A stretch of DNA of 64,000 nucleotides from Haliotis rubra (Eukaryota), in NCBI RefSeq assembly GCF_003918875.1, contig NW_025766903.1, forward strand, positions 372,001 to 436,000, written 5' to 3'. Every line of letters starts with the position of its first letter. Within the stretch, counting starts at the first letter, position 1. Below, one piece after another: positions 27,153 to 39,649 of this stretch. The notes under the pieces are model-generated. The model saw nothing but the letters and a program-made list of their open reading frames with translations. It had not been told where the DNA came from and did not search any database. The translations under genes and the position numbers were made by a program.

Positions 27153-29217
27153 GTAAATACACTAGTGATTTCTACTTGATCAGAAGGCGGTAGATGCAGC
27201 AGCAGAACACCTGCCTCAGACGTGCATAATGGCGTGGGATTGGATATGGAGACTAGAGATTTTTACAATTTCAAATTTTCAAATTTTCTTAAACTTTAGT
27301 ATAAGGTAAAATTAAGGTCGGAATTCAAAATTAACAACTGCATTTCCCGGTTCATCGATAACTTGACTGTGTGGTTGGTTTACAAGTCACTGTCACATGG
27401 CAGGAGTATTGCTGTGTGACGTCGGAGTGTGTATAATATTATTTACTCTTTCCAGCAAATTGTGCCTATGGCGGGTTTTACCAGTAAGGCAGGAGAACAT
27501 GCTTACTCTGGATGTCATCACTAATGTCCACTGATCCCCGTCATTTTACAGCTAGTTGCCCCTACCTTTATTTTAAATAATTAACTGGACAATATATGCA
27601 GATGGGTGTTTTGTTTCTATATTTTCGGGGAGGAGTGAAGGGATTCTCGTGTGATGATAATTTGTAGATATTCAGGAAGACATGACGATATTGGCCACTG
27701 CAAATGACATGTAAATAATAGCGACTAAACACTTTTCATATTCATAGGAAATGCCTACTAAAGCAGTGTGGTATGTACAATTCCGGCTGTATCAGGATCA
27801 TGTGTTCGTGAATCACTATCAGATAGTAATGATATAGGGTGTTTGTGCATCCTGCTCACCGGTAGTTCAAAATGCAAAATGTCGTCAACTGTTCATCTAA
27901 AAAAACACGGGACCGAAAGAATATAATACATATAACATTCAACAAAAGTGGCAATTTGTAATCAATCGGGAATAAAACCGGAGGCTGTTTGGAAGGACTC
28001 CACCTCAAAAAGTAGTACATAACTGTAATTCCACTAAATTATTACCTGAAGACACTGACAGATTATTGGGTCTCCAGTCTGCTTAACTAGTTCAAATCCC
28101 AACATTCCATTATACTGTTTCCATTCTGTCCAATACTACTTGTATTAAAGGTGTTCTTTCATGAGCACTTCAACACTCCATTGCAATATTAAACGTCCGT
28201 TTCTATAAGACATCCCTCTAAAACGTGTATGTTTATGACAGTTATATATGTCATCCACCTCTTGGCCGTACGCCTGTCTGATTTATCCTTCCCAGTTTAT
28301 CCTCTGATCGTTATCTATTTACATATGGAAGGAAGACATGAGCCGGTTCTCGCCTCTGGATAGGGTTACATTATGTCTGCCTGTCAGTACACGGTGCCAT
28401 CCAGCATGCATTCTGTAACGAGTAGTTGGTACTGAGGTTTTATATTGGTTGAAACTGTCATTACCTGGGTACACCGAGGAATACAAACATGGTGCTGGTT
28501 GTAGCAGAGTATTCTGTTCGGAGATTACAGCAATGATGACGTCACTATGTCGTTGGGCAGTAAACCTATCTAATGAGTAAATACATTCACAGACGATTTG
28601 ACCTAGTTTTTAAAAAGCGGAGAAGGAAGGTAAGCCCGACTCAGATGTCGATTCTATATCAATGTCTTCTTGACAGTGTTATGTAAAAACGTCCACATCC
28701 TGTCGCGATACCTCCCTGGCAGTGACAGCCTGACACCGTACATCATTTAGAAAACAACACTCTCTGTTGCTACGTGAAGAAACACATCTATTCACTTTTC
28801 TCTTTTTCAGTTGTGCATTCCGCCAATGACAACATCGCGCACTGACTTAACCCTGTCAGACCGACATTAAACAGGTTTATCTTCTTTTGCCCATTTCGTG
28901 GCACACACTTCGAGAGCATCCTAAGATCTTAAGGGTGTGACACCTACTGGAAGCAGGTTGTTCGCTGTAAGGGCGGAACTGACCAAAGTTGTTGTCAAAC
29001 TTAGAGAGGTCAGCTGTGATTGTATGACAACCAGTTGCATAAAGCAATGTAGTGCCCTTAGCAGCCACAGGTACCTAAATCACCATCCACACATTCCAAA
29101 ACTTGAACAAATTCAAACTTGCAAAGTTCAATTTCAACTCGTGTCAGAATTCATGTTTCTTGATCGATTCTTCCACGAACCTACACACAGTCTGATGCTC
29201 ACTCGGTGATGTTACAG

Positions 29218-29358
29218 ATTCAGCGTTGACCCCCGCACCCGCCTCTCCTTCTGGTCAGTGGTGGTGGGTGGCGGCACCACGTGGATGGCCTACTACTCCG
29301 TCAACCAATGCCAGATACAGCGGGTGTTCGCCTGCCCATCACTGAAGGAAGCACAAAT
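29218..29358 (+). CDS. SLC5 gene 1 exon 6
   Basis: DPRTRLSFWSVVVGG..YSVNQCQIQR, 141 bp. Confidence 0.95.
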
Positions 29359-29454
29359 GTAGGATATCAACCAGGGTATTGTACGTGTGTCTTATTAGCC
29401 CAGTTGGGAATATGTGTGGGCGTCAAACGAGGCAGTGATTGATATTGTTTGGTA

Positions 29455-32400
29455 CAGACAGACAGACAGACATATTGTTTATAATAAGTCTCACCTCATT
29501 TACAGAAATTAAAACAATATAAAATAAAAACATAAGATGAGCCACCATTAAAAGGATTATGAGAGACTATTTACACATAAAATTATACAGAATATAAATA
29601 TAATGATATATGATATAATAAAATTTACATATGTTAACAGACTAATGTTAAAGTTGGCGGCGTCGTTCCTTTAAAACATCAGAGCAGGTCTTGGCTGTTA
29701 ATTTACTTAAAATGGACTAGACATTATAAACAAAAACTTTTCCACATCTGTAAAATTGATAAAGTTATTGTCTAGAAATTGGCACTTATCCAGCAAACAT
29801 TTTGTAATAGACTATAGGACACAATACAAGTACATGTATTTCATCTTCAACAACATTCAAACAATTACAACACACCCTCTCATCCACAGGCATATTACTA
29901 AAACGTCCAGTTTCTATTGGTAAGGGGCAACACCGCATCTGAACATAGCTAAAGCCCTTCTGTGTCCTCGTGGTATGTGTTCTGTAACATAATGCTCTGC
30001 TCCATAGTCTATCTTAAAGGCTCTGTATAATCGAAGTTTATTACCTCCCTTGCCATCTCGACCAGTCGGACAATCTATTTTCTTTTTCTATTCATTAAAA
30101 CATTTTTCGTGTACTGCTTCCTGGACTGTGTGCACAATTTCCTTCCTCCGTAATCCATTATCAACTTCTGTCAAATCAGTCAAGTCTAGTGATGACAGTT
30201 GCAGGTGTAAGCGCTTTATCCAGTTTGTTTTCTTTCTTGAAGCCATCTGTTTTGTCCAGTTAAACATCTTATAAGTCAGTCTGTCTGTGTTTAAGCAATG
30301 AAGTCAAGTGTACATTCTCATGAGAGAGCCCCAGAGTTTCACTGGTGTAGGTGTCCATCCCATGTCTCCTGTCACTGCAGCGTTGGGGATAGATTTCCGC
30401 ACTCCCGTATATAATTTCATAGCTCTGTTTTGTACAGTCGTTGCGTATGTACAGTTTGAGGTCCCCCAAATCGCTGCTTCGTAGTCAACTGTCGACCAGA
30501 CCATGGCGTCAAAGAGTTTCCTGTATGTGGGGTAGTGCATACCGCCCATGGACTTGAATTTAGAAATCAGTAGACCCAGCGCTCGACCTGCTGAACTAGC
30601 TACAACCTTGGCCAACCTTGCGTAGTCTAAGTGTTCTGTTATCAATATGCCTAAATAACAGTAACTGTCTATTGACGTAGGACCACACTGAAAAGCACAA
30701 GTCGTTCTTGGCATATTTACAGGTCTACAGTGTAGAACTTTTGATTTATCCGAGTTTACAGTCATGAAATTGTCATCACACCAGTTATGTAAAATGGTTA
30801 AAAGTACTTTTAGGTCCTCTTCATCTTCAGCTAACAGGACCAGATCGTCTGCATAAGCTAGCACAGTCAGTGTTTCGTCAATAAACTTCACACCAATATT
30901 GAAACTGTTTATGGTAGTTATCAAATCATTGATGTAAACGTTGAATAACAGAGGGGAGAGAAGGCATCCTTGTTTAAGCCCACACTTGACGTTAAACCAT
31001 TCAGTCATATTTCCATTTATTCTGACACAACTCTTCACACTCTTGTAAAGGGAGATAATAGCTTCATACATCTTTACAAAGATTCCAAGATCAGACAGTT
31101 TTTTCCACAATATAGACCTATCAATATTATCATAAGCCTTTGTAAAATCTATGAATGCTAAAAACTTCGATTTCTTTAAAGATTTACGAGTTTCCACTAT
31201 GGATATGAGTGATGATATATGTTCTACTGTGGACCTGCCCCTCCCTGGTTTCTGTATACTTGTACAGTCTTGTATTCAGCACCGAACAGTACAGTTTATA
31301 GCTTGAATTTGTCAAGGAGATACCTCTGTATGATAAAGGGTCATATTTATCAGCACATGATGACTTCGGGATAGGATTGATGATACTCATAGCCCATTCA
31401 CTCGGTTTTTTCCCACTAGCAAAACACGTGTTAAAATGTTTATGTAAAAACTTTATACTGGTATTATTTTTCAAAATCTCAACAGGTATGTTGTCACATC
31501 CTGGTGATTTCCCTTTCCTCGCTGATAGCACAACTTCATTCACTTCATCCAACGTGAAGGGGTTATTGAGCCGAGATGTATAGTCGTCTGCGTCGGTTAC
31601 CTCCCTTGGCTCCTGTGCAGAAATGAAAACCACATCAGAGTTACCGTTATTTAACAGATTACTGTAACTGTCTTTCCATGTATTCAACACGGTTTCCTGG
31701 TCCCCAGACAAAGTACCATCAGGAAGTCTCACCTCAGTTGGAATAATGTGAATTCTGTTAAAACCAACTCCAACTTTTCTTATCTTTTTCCAAAACTCAT
31801 TTTTATTTTCCTCACAGAGATTTTCCAATCCTTATAAACTATCTTTGTTGTAGCGTCGTTTACATCGTTTAGTTTCTTTATCAAAAACAGTCCTCTTCTT
31901 GGCATACAACTCTCTTAACTTCCGTTTGCGAACGTTATTACATCTGCACCATTCACTTTCAGCTCTACACAGTTTCAGTCCACCAAGCTTTCTTCCACAA
32001 CTACTTTCTCTTATTTGGTCCCCAGATGAATGTCACATGTTTTTGTGGCAGCGTTGACTCGATTTCCTGCTCAACTGTAGTTAGGAAGTTAGTATAGGCT
32101 ACATCCACATCCGATTGTTCACAGAGTGACAACTCCAACTTGGATATAGTGTCATTAAGAATCTGTACACACAATGTAGAGTCTAAAAAGGATTCAGGCA
32201 CACATGTGACGTCATATCTCACACATGACACACTGGGCTGAGTACTGTTACCTATGTCATCCAGGTTCCAACGATGAAGTTCGGGGGGAATTTCCATGTT
32301 CCATGTCAGTTCGGAATGGTCTAATTTAGTAATAGCCTGTGCACTCACAAATCCCACACAGTTAGCTGACTCAACTAAATCACATACCGGTGTAACACCA

Positions 32401-32845
32401 GAATTAGAAATACGATTAAAATCTTCATATGCACATAAACAATAGTCAACGACAGAGTCCCCATTGCCTGAAATACAAGTAAAATCATTTTTTTCATTTT
32501 TTCTCCCATTTACCATACAAAAATTTGAATTTATCAAAAATCAGCTAAAAGATGTCCATAACGGTTTTTCGTCGCATCAATAACTTCTCTGCTTGGAAGC
32601 GAGTCCACACCCTCAATGTGATCTAGGACGTCGCCACATCTGCTGTTTAGATCACCACATATATAACCAATATTATACACATGGTACTCAGATATCTGAG
32701 TGAGGAGATTGTCATAAAAATCAGATGCATCAATATTTCTTGTAGAATACTCTGGGGTTAAATAACACACACAGATGCAAAATAAACATGTACTGTCAGA
32801 ACATTCGATGGATGGGAGATAAATATATCCTACGTCACACAATGG
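29455..32845 (-). mobile_element. 5'-truncated, frameshifted APE-RT LINE in SLC5 intron 6
   Basis: Minus-strand ORFs: GDLNSR, VVDY (EN); FIDFTKAYD, GLKQGCLLSP, AYADD (RT); (TGTC)n 3' tail near 29455. Confidence 0.9.
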
Positions 32846-32959
32846 AGATTCGGGTCGACGTGGTCAATCATCGGCCCATAGTGCGGTTAGATGGCCCGAT
32901 GTCGCCAATCACTGCATATCCGCCACATGCCCAAAACAAGCATTTTAGCTGAAAAAATG

Positions 32960-33339
32960 AACGACCTTTGGTCAGCTGTTGTACAGTGTTCTATGTTGTA
33001 CAGTGCAATGTGTCTGAACTACCTTTGGTTGGCTGCTGTCGTAAGTCTGCGTTGTATGTTGTACAGTGTAGTGTTGCTGAACGGCGTTTGGTTGGTTGTT
33101 ATAGTCAACCTGTGTGATATGTTGTACAGGGCAATGTGGCGGACGGCCTGAGCCTAGCAGTTGTACTCAATCTGTGTTGCATGTTGTACTGTCGCACTCA
33201 ATGGGTGTTGTATGTTGTACTGTTGCAGTGAATGTTTGTTGTATGGTGTACTGTTGTACTCAATGTGTGTTGTACTGTTGTACTCAATGTGTGTTGTATG
33301 TTGTACTGTTGTACTCAATGTGTGTTGTATGTTGTACAG
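32960..33339 (+). repeat. Degenerate 63-bp tandem copies of the exon 7 acceptor and start, plus a derived TGTTGTAC-rich repeat
   Basis: GTTGTACAG at 33003, 33066, 33129 followed by exon-7-like sequence. Confidence 0.75.
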
Positions 33340-33469
33340 GGCAATGTGGCTGAACGGCCTGGGCCTTGCGGTTGTAGTGAGTCTGTGTTGTATGATCGGC
33401 GTGCTGCTGTTCGCCTTCTACGAGGAATGTGATCCACTACAGTTTAACCTGGTCGGAAGAACAGACGAG
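33340..33469 (+). CDS. SLC5 gene 1 exon 7
   Basis: AMWLNGLG..FAFYEECDP..RTDE|gtgag, 130 bp. Confidence 0.93.
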
Positions 33470-33932
33470 GTGAGGACATGCCACACTTCTATACATCCCC
33501 ATACGCTGGTGTAAATGGTGTTACGAATGTTCAGAAGTGTTGGGCATTAGCATCAGTCTGTGTCGCTGTTTGTTGTTGGATTTGTTGTGACTATTCGACT
33601 TGGCATTTGTTACCATGAACTTATCCTAAGTGAATTAGAGAATGTAAGTAATGGATACACTGAGATTGTTATTCTGTTGTGTTTCCGTATTACAAATATC
33701 ATATTGCAGAATGCCAATATGTAAATATGAAACGTGTATATATGTATTCATGATATGCGATACTTACAATGCGCAACTATCTGATGATTGCATTACGTTG
33801 TCATATATTATGGTTCCTAAAGCAGTCAGTGTTAAAGACGTATTCTTCACTAAATCAACATTGGATCATGATTGGTTAAAATAATATAATTCGTCTGGTA
33901 ATTTGAGAAAAGATTTTGGTCAGAGCTTGTGT

Positions 33933-33995
33933 ACAGTAGAAGCTGTATAATCCGACACTCACTGGGGCATGTCGGATTATACAGCGTGTCGGATT
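33933..33995. mobile_element. Probable pogo/Tc1-type MITE end with 16-bp palindrome
   Basis: TA-CAGTAGAA start; GCTGTATAATCCGACA / TGTCGGATTATACAGC; other end not found. Confidence 0.4.
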
Positions 33996-34784
33996 AATTC
34001 ATTGTCTCCTTGCTTGAATACTTTTCAAACACGTACATACATTGTAACTCGCTTATATCATGCCGGGACTTAACGTCAGCAACACATTCAGTGTCTACTG
34101 AAGCACTCTCACCGCTAACTTTAAACTGCTTTTATCGAGTTATTAGTTCTAGAAAGAGCTGAACTCTCTTTGTGTATCAACAAGTACAACGCATTCAAAA
34201 TGTACAACTCCTTGTCTTTTTTTTAATGTCGTTACTGACAGTCAATGACAGTTTGAATTCTTCAACCTTGATACGTAAAACCATTGGTGCTAGGAGCCTC
34301 AGATTTAACCTCCCTTTACAAAATATAAGTTTAATGCGATGATGAGTTTCCGCATGGAAACAACAAGGTGAGTCAAAGTGTTGTGCCAAGTACTAATACC
34401 AATATACATGCCCTTTACAAATACAATTACATATATTAGTACAACAGCCAATACACTGGTCTACATGTCTGATACCAAACCTATAGTACGGTAATATGAC
34501 GGTATCATGACGTGTTTGTTTAGTCCATAAACCGATGTTATGATGCGCTTATATGTCGGTTTATAAACCGATGTCATGAGGTGGTGAAGCAGGGTGTTTA
34601 TAAACCAGAGTCACGATATGCTTGCGTCGTGTGTTGAGGTACCATTGTGGTGGCATGCCACCTATCTCAGAACATTGTTTGAATATTCATATTTCTGTTT
34701 TAGGCGGGCCTGTTGTGGTCAAAAGATTGATGGAAAAACGTAATCTTTAGCAAACACTTTACACGGATGGTTCATGCATTTCAG

Positions 34785-34873
34785 TTGGTTCCTCTGTTTG
34801 TGATGGACATCTTGGGACATCTGCCAGGTCTACCTGGAATCTTCCTATCCTGCGTCTTCAGTGGCTGCCTCAG
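34785..34873 (+). CDS. SLC5 gene 1 exon 8
   Basis: LVPLFVMDILGHLPGLPGIFLSCVFSGCL, 89 bp. Confidence 0.95.
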
Positions 34874-34983
34874 GTATGACATTACCACTCCATCAGTTTG
34901 CCAGTATTCAGTGTGGCCTCTATCAACATCCATAGCTGTTACACATCCGTGTAGACTGACCCCCACTTGTATTGTTACTGTAG

Positions 34984-35099
34984 CACCCTGTCCTCCGGCA
35001 TCAACGCCCTGTCCGGGGTCCTCCTCCAGGACTTCATCAGACCTCACTGCGCCCGTAACATCAGCAGCATCACAGCGACCGTCATCACCAAGCTGTCAG
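34984..35099 (+). CDS. SLC5 gene 1 exon 9
   Basis: (S)TLSSGINAL Na2-site motif, 116 bp. Confidence 0.95.
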
Positions 35100-35675
35100 G
35101 TGAGTGGCACATGTCAGAGTACCACGTTGGGCGGACGTCCACGACGTCCCGATCCAGGTCTTGTATGTTGGAGAACACAATATTACCGTAGGCCATATGC
35201 TGTGTATGTTCTCGCTAACTTCAGTGATGCATGGCATCATATGCCAATCACCGTGTCGATGCTCCTGCCATCAATCTTGTGATTGTCTCGATTGTTTACA
35301 GATATTTCATAGATTGTATAATGCAGTAATAAACAACAAACAAACAAATTTAAAAAGTGTCAACTGCAGTAGATTCCGATGTAAACAAGAGTAATGAATA
35401 TCCATGACAGCAGAAACAAAGACGCATATCCATTTTACGCAAGAGCAACTAGCCTCTTTAAAATCAGCAGCAGGCATACAACATTCGTATAAAACAGTAT
35501 GAATCGTCAATCGTCACGAAATAAAATAGTGAGACATAAACTGGCCATGAGCAACATCACTTCATCTCCGCCCACATCACTAGCAAGGATAACAAGCGTC
35601 ATATATGAAGAGCAAGTGGTCGTAGAGTAATTGATGTGCAATGTCTACTGTGTGTCCAACTTTTGTGTGTTTCAG

Positions 35676-35743
35676 CTGCAGTGTGTGGGTTTGCGTGCAT
35701 CGGACTTGCCTTTCTCGCCGGTAACTTTGGCAACATGTTACAG
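35676..35743 (+). CDS. SLC5 gene 1 exon 10
   Basis: AVCGFACIGLAFLAGNFGNMLQ|gtgagt, 68 bp. Confidence 0.92.
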
Positions 35744-36074
35744 GTGAGTATTAGATCATCCCTGGGTCCGTCCCGAAGTTCCCGACAACAGCACAACGTG
35801 TAGTTGGAAGACGAGGTTAGTTTGCGATCAACCTTACTTTATCAGTCGTGTCCAGTTCGTGTTACACAGTATGGACGGGTAGTGTCGGTCTCTTTGACAA
35901 CATTGGTAGTTAGATCCCTCGGTTCCAGATAATGTCACGTGGTGTAGATGAGTAAGGTAACTATGAAATCATATTGCTGAGATCACTCGTTTCTAGTCAG
36001 ACGCACACGGAGTGGCTGTTAAGTGTAGGTCTCTATGAGATTATCCGTACTTAGATCGGCGTCATACCTTGTGT

Positions 36075-36830
36075 TGACCAAGTACAGGTTCCTATTGGTA
36101 TCACCTGGTGTAGACCGGAAGTATAGGTTCCTGTTAGCGTCACCTGGTGTAGAACGGAAGTACAGGTTCCTGGTAGCGACACCTTGTGTAGACCGGAAGT
36201 ACAGGTTCCTGTTAGTTTCACCTGGTATAGACCGGAAGTATAGGTTCCTGTTAGCGTAACCTGGTGTAGACCGGAAGTACAGGTTCCTGTTAGTGTCACC
36301 TGGTGTAGATCGGAAGAACAGGTTCCTGTTAGTGTCACCTGGTATAGACCGGAAGTATAGGTTCCTGTAGCGTCACCTGTTCCTGTACAGGTTCGTCACC
36401 TGGTGTAGACCGGAAGTACAGGTTCCTGTTAGTGTCACCTGGTGTAGACCGGAAGTACAGGTTCCTGTTAGTGTCACCTGGTGTAGACCGGAAGTACAGG
36501 TTCCTGTTAGTGTCACCTGGTGTAGACCGGAAGTACAGGTTCCTGTTAGTGTCACCTGGTGTAGACCGGAAGTACAGGTTCCTGGTAGCGTCACCTGGTG
36601 TAGACCGGAAGTACAGGTTCCTGTTAGTGTCACCTGGTGTAGACCGGAAGTACAGGTTCCTGTGTAGCGTCACCTGTTAGCGTCACCTGGTGTAGACCGG
36701 AAGTACAGGTTCCTGGTAGCGTCACCTGGTGTAGACCGGAAGTACAGGTTCCTGGTAGCGTCACCTGGTGTAGACCGGAAGTACAGGTTCCTGTTAGCGT
36801 CACATGGTGTATAGTGAAGTACAGGTTTGT
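36075..36830. repeat. 39-bp minisatellite (GTCACCTGGTGTAGACCGGAAGTACAGGTTCCTGTTAGT)
   Basis: 13-aa periodicity in overlapping ORFs. Confidence 0.95.
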
Positions 36831-37012
36831 GAGATGATCTGTAGTGAGATCGCTCGGTTCAGATTCGTGTTATATTGTGTAGAGGGCAAGTACAGGAAAC
36901 TGTGAGATCATCCTGCTGATTGGAGAATGTAACAGTGTCTTTCAGTGAATCATTGGGTTTAATATGAATGGTGATTGTGGAACAATGTTCCACTAACCTG
37001 TGTGTGTTTCAG

Positions 37013-37099
37013 CTTTCCTACATAATCATGAGTGTATTCGACGGACCTGTGTTTGGAGTCTTCATCCTGGGAATGTTCTTCCCGAGAGCCAATAAATGG
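37013..37099 (+). CDS. SLC5 gene 1 exon 11
   Basis: LSYIIMSVFDGPVFGVFILGMFFPRANKW|gtgagt, 87 bp. Confidence 0.93.
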
Positions 37100-37607
37100 G
37101 TGAGTTCAACTTCAAAGGGTATCATCAGATTCAATGCGTTGTTTTCCACCAAGGTAAAGAATTACATGTGGATTACATACCTTGAACATATTGACAGTAC
37201 AAATGTTGCAGTGGATTGTAGTGCTATGAAAAGTGTAACACTGAATCAAAAGCATGGCCTGTCCAGTACAACAATAGGTATGTAGTGTGCCACGTGTTGA
37301 TTCCCAAGTTAAAGCAAATACAGCATTTTACTGGAAATAACAGTAAAAGGTTAAAAAAAGTATTTGGGTGTGAGACCAACACATGTTTTCTTAGATTAAA
37401 TAAGTTCACAAATCAAGCCACAACAAAGGGATTTATATTTGCAGGACTAATGCAACAGCAGTGATTAGAGCAATAAAGACAGAGATGGTAATGTATACCT
37501 CACTGCAACAATAGAAAGTCTTAACTTCAAAATATACTAAGCTGAGTATCCACACGATGATCTCCACACGATGCTGCTCCCTGCGTCACTGGACTGTCTA
37601 AATATCT

Positions 37608-37800
37608 ATCTAAATATAGCACAAATCTAAATATAGCACAAGTCTAAATACAGAACAAGTCTAAATATAGCACGTCTAAATGTAGCACAAGTCTAAATAT
37701 AGCACAAGTCTAAATATAGCATAAGACTAAATATAGCACAAGTCTAAATACAGCACAAGCCTAAATATAGCACGTTTAAATGTAGCACAAGTCTAAATAC
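37608..37800. repeat. 17-bp minisatellite (TCTAAATATAGCACAAG)
   Basis: Direct inspection. Confidence 0.9.
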
Positions 37801-37875
37801 TGACATGTCTTGACTATCATGTTTTTGGAATATCGGCTATATCACTCTGTTATGACATGGGTGTTTGTGTCACAG

Positions 37876-38051
37876 GGGGCTATCTGTGGCTATATGGCCA
37901 GCCTTGCCTTCACGACGTGGATCTCTGTCGGAGCATATGTCAATGGCGTCACAGGCCCAAGATTACCCTTGTCTGTTCATGGCTGCAACTGGAACGTTAC
38001 CAACACCACGATGCCAACTACCACCTTGCCCCACACAGCGTCTCCTGAAGA
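37876..38051 (+). CDS. SLC5 gene 1 exon 12
   Basis: GAICG..WISVGA..LPLSVHGC with NVT and NTT sequons; GA|gtaggt, 176 bp. Confidence 0.92.
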
Positions 38052-38080
38052 GTAGGTGTACTTCATCTTTGATTCATTAC

Positions 38081-39649
38081 TTAGAGAATAACCAACGAGG
38101 TACGAGTGATTACGGGAAATATGCCCGAGCTGAAGTAATGTTCACAGTGCCGAGCCTTGGCGAGTTGAAGTAATGTTCACAGTGCCGAGCCTTGGCGAGT
38201 TGAAGTAATCTTCACAGTGTCGAGCCTTGGCGAGTTGAAGTAACCTTCACAGTGTCGAGCCTTGGCGAGTTGAAGTAATGTTCAGTGTCGAGCCTTGGCG
38301 AGTTGAAGGAATGGTCACACTGTCGAGCCTTGGCGAGGAGGCACTGAACATTATTTTAACGAGGGCATATTTCCCGTAATGACTCGTACCGAGTTGGTTA
38401 TTCTATTTATTACACATAATGTAATTTAAAAAGAAGAACCACGAAATAAAAAAACACCTGGAGACAGACTTGTGGCCTCAAACAGCTGATTCGTATTCCT
38501 GCGCGTATTAAATTCCAGCGGTAATAACATTACTACGCTATGGAAAATAGTACCATGTAATATCGCTTTAAAATACAACAAAATATTTTTTAGGGAATAA
38601 TTTATTAACATTTGTTAATATGATAAAATCGATCTTTTAAGTGCAACATCACTGAACGTAATAACAGCTAAAACGTTATTTGATAAAGTCAGTGCGCCGG
38701 AACATCGTTCATTCACGACTGACGTGTGTCTAGTGACGGGCTGACGGTGTAGTGTTGAAACACACTTTGGCAAAAACCTGTCAGCTTGGAGGAAAGTCAA
38801 CGGTTAAAAGTTAGGAAATCTTAAAGACAACCATTCCACGAATTCATCTAGAAAAGGTTTTCTGTCAACAAACCCAACAGGTTTAAAGATTAAACAACAT
38901 ATTGTTCTGTGGAAGGCGTGTTACAGTCACGCCATTGGTCCCAGTACAGTACAGCAGTTCCAAGAAGGATAACTCTAGTCGGAATCCAAGTCAATGTCAG
39001 TTTCTGCATCGGAGACTGGGACAAACCTCTCGGATTGATTACGAATGCGTGGATAAAAAAATCCTTTAGCACTGATTCCAATAGGAAAGAAGCTGTTTTC
39101 TGGTTCGATAGCATGGACGCCGTGGCAGATCGACTCACTTGTCACACTTGAGGTAACGCCTTTACTCAGTATCTTGCTAATTCTATTTCCCCGAATTCAG
39201 TTTTAACAGTGTTAACAAACAGGTTGTACGAATTCAAGGGCTGTAATATTCTTATCAGTCTTCGTATTAGGGTTAGTGATCGGGGTTAGCCTAATGGCGG
39301 CCATGTTTGTTTACAATGCAAACGATTGTTTTGGTTTTTTCAAGGTTATTTATTTAAAAAAGACTACTATTTATAACGCAATTTTATTGCAAATAATGAT
39401 GTCTAATAAAAAGAGTATTCATATTCTTTAACTTTTATGTCTTCTTTTTTAAATCTCGGAATGTGTGAGTACAGCACGTTCTAATTATCAATGAAACGTT
39501 GTCAATGAACTTGAATCATGAAAAGTAGTTCCGTCAACCAATCATAGTTCTTCCCTGCTTAGCTGACAAATCAACGTTGACAATCACTGAAAAGCACATG
39601 TGCGATTATCACTAAATCACCTGTGTATCCTAGCCCGAATGGGTAATAA
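38081..39649. mobile_element. Probable non-autonomous Crypton-related element (terminal palindrome 38085-38404)
   Basis: Long imperfect palindrome with the same GA-mismatch grammar as the adjacent recombinase element; TTATTACAC (38407) ... GGGTAATAA (39641) inverted pair. Confidence 0.55.

Noticed and set aside
27900-28260. Possible minus-strand L2-like fragment (YCNGVL, DYKL-like remnants)
   Set aside because: Too decayed to support by eye
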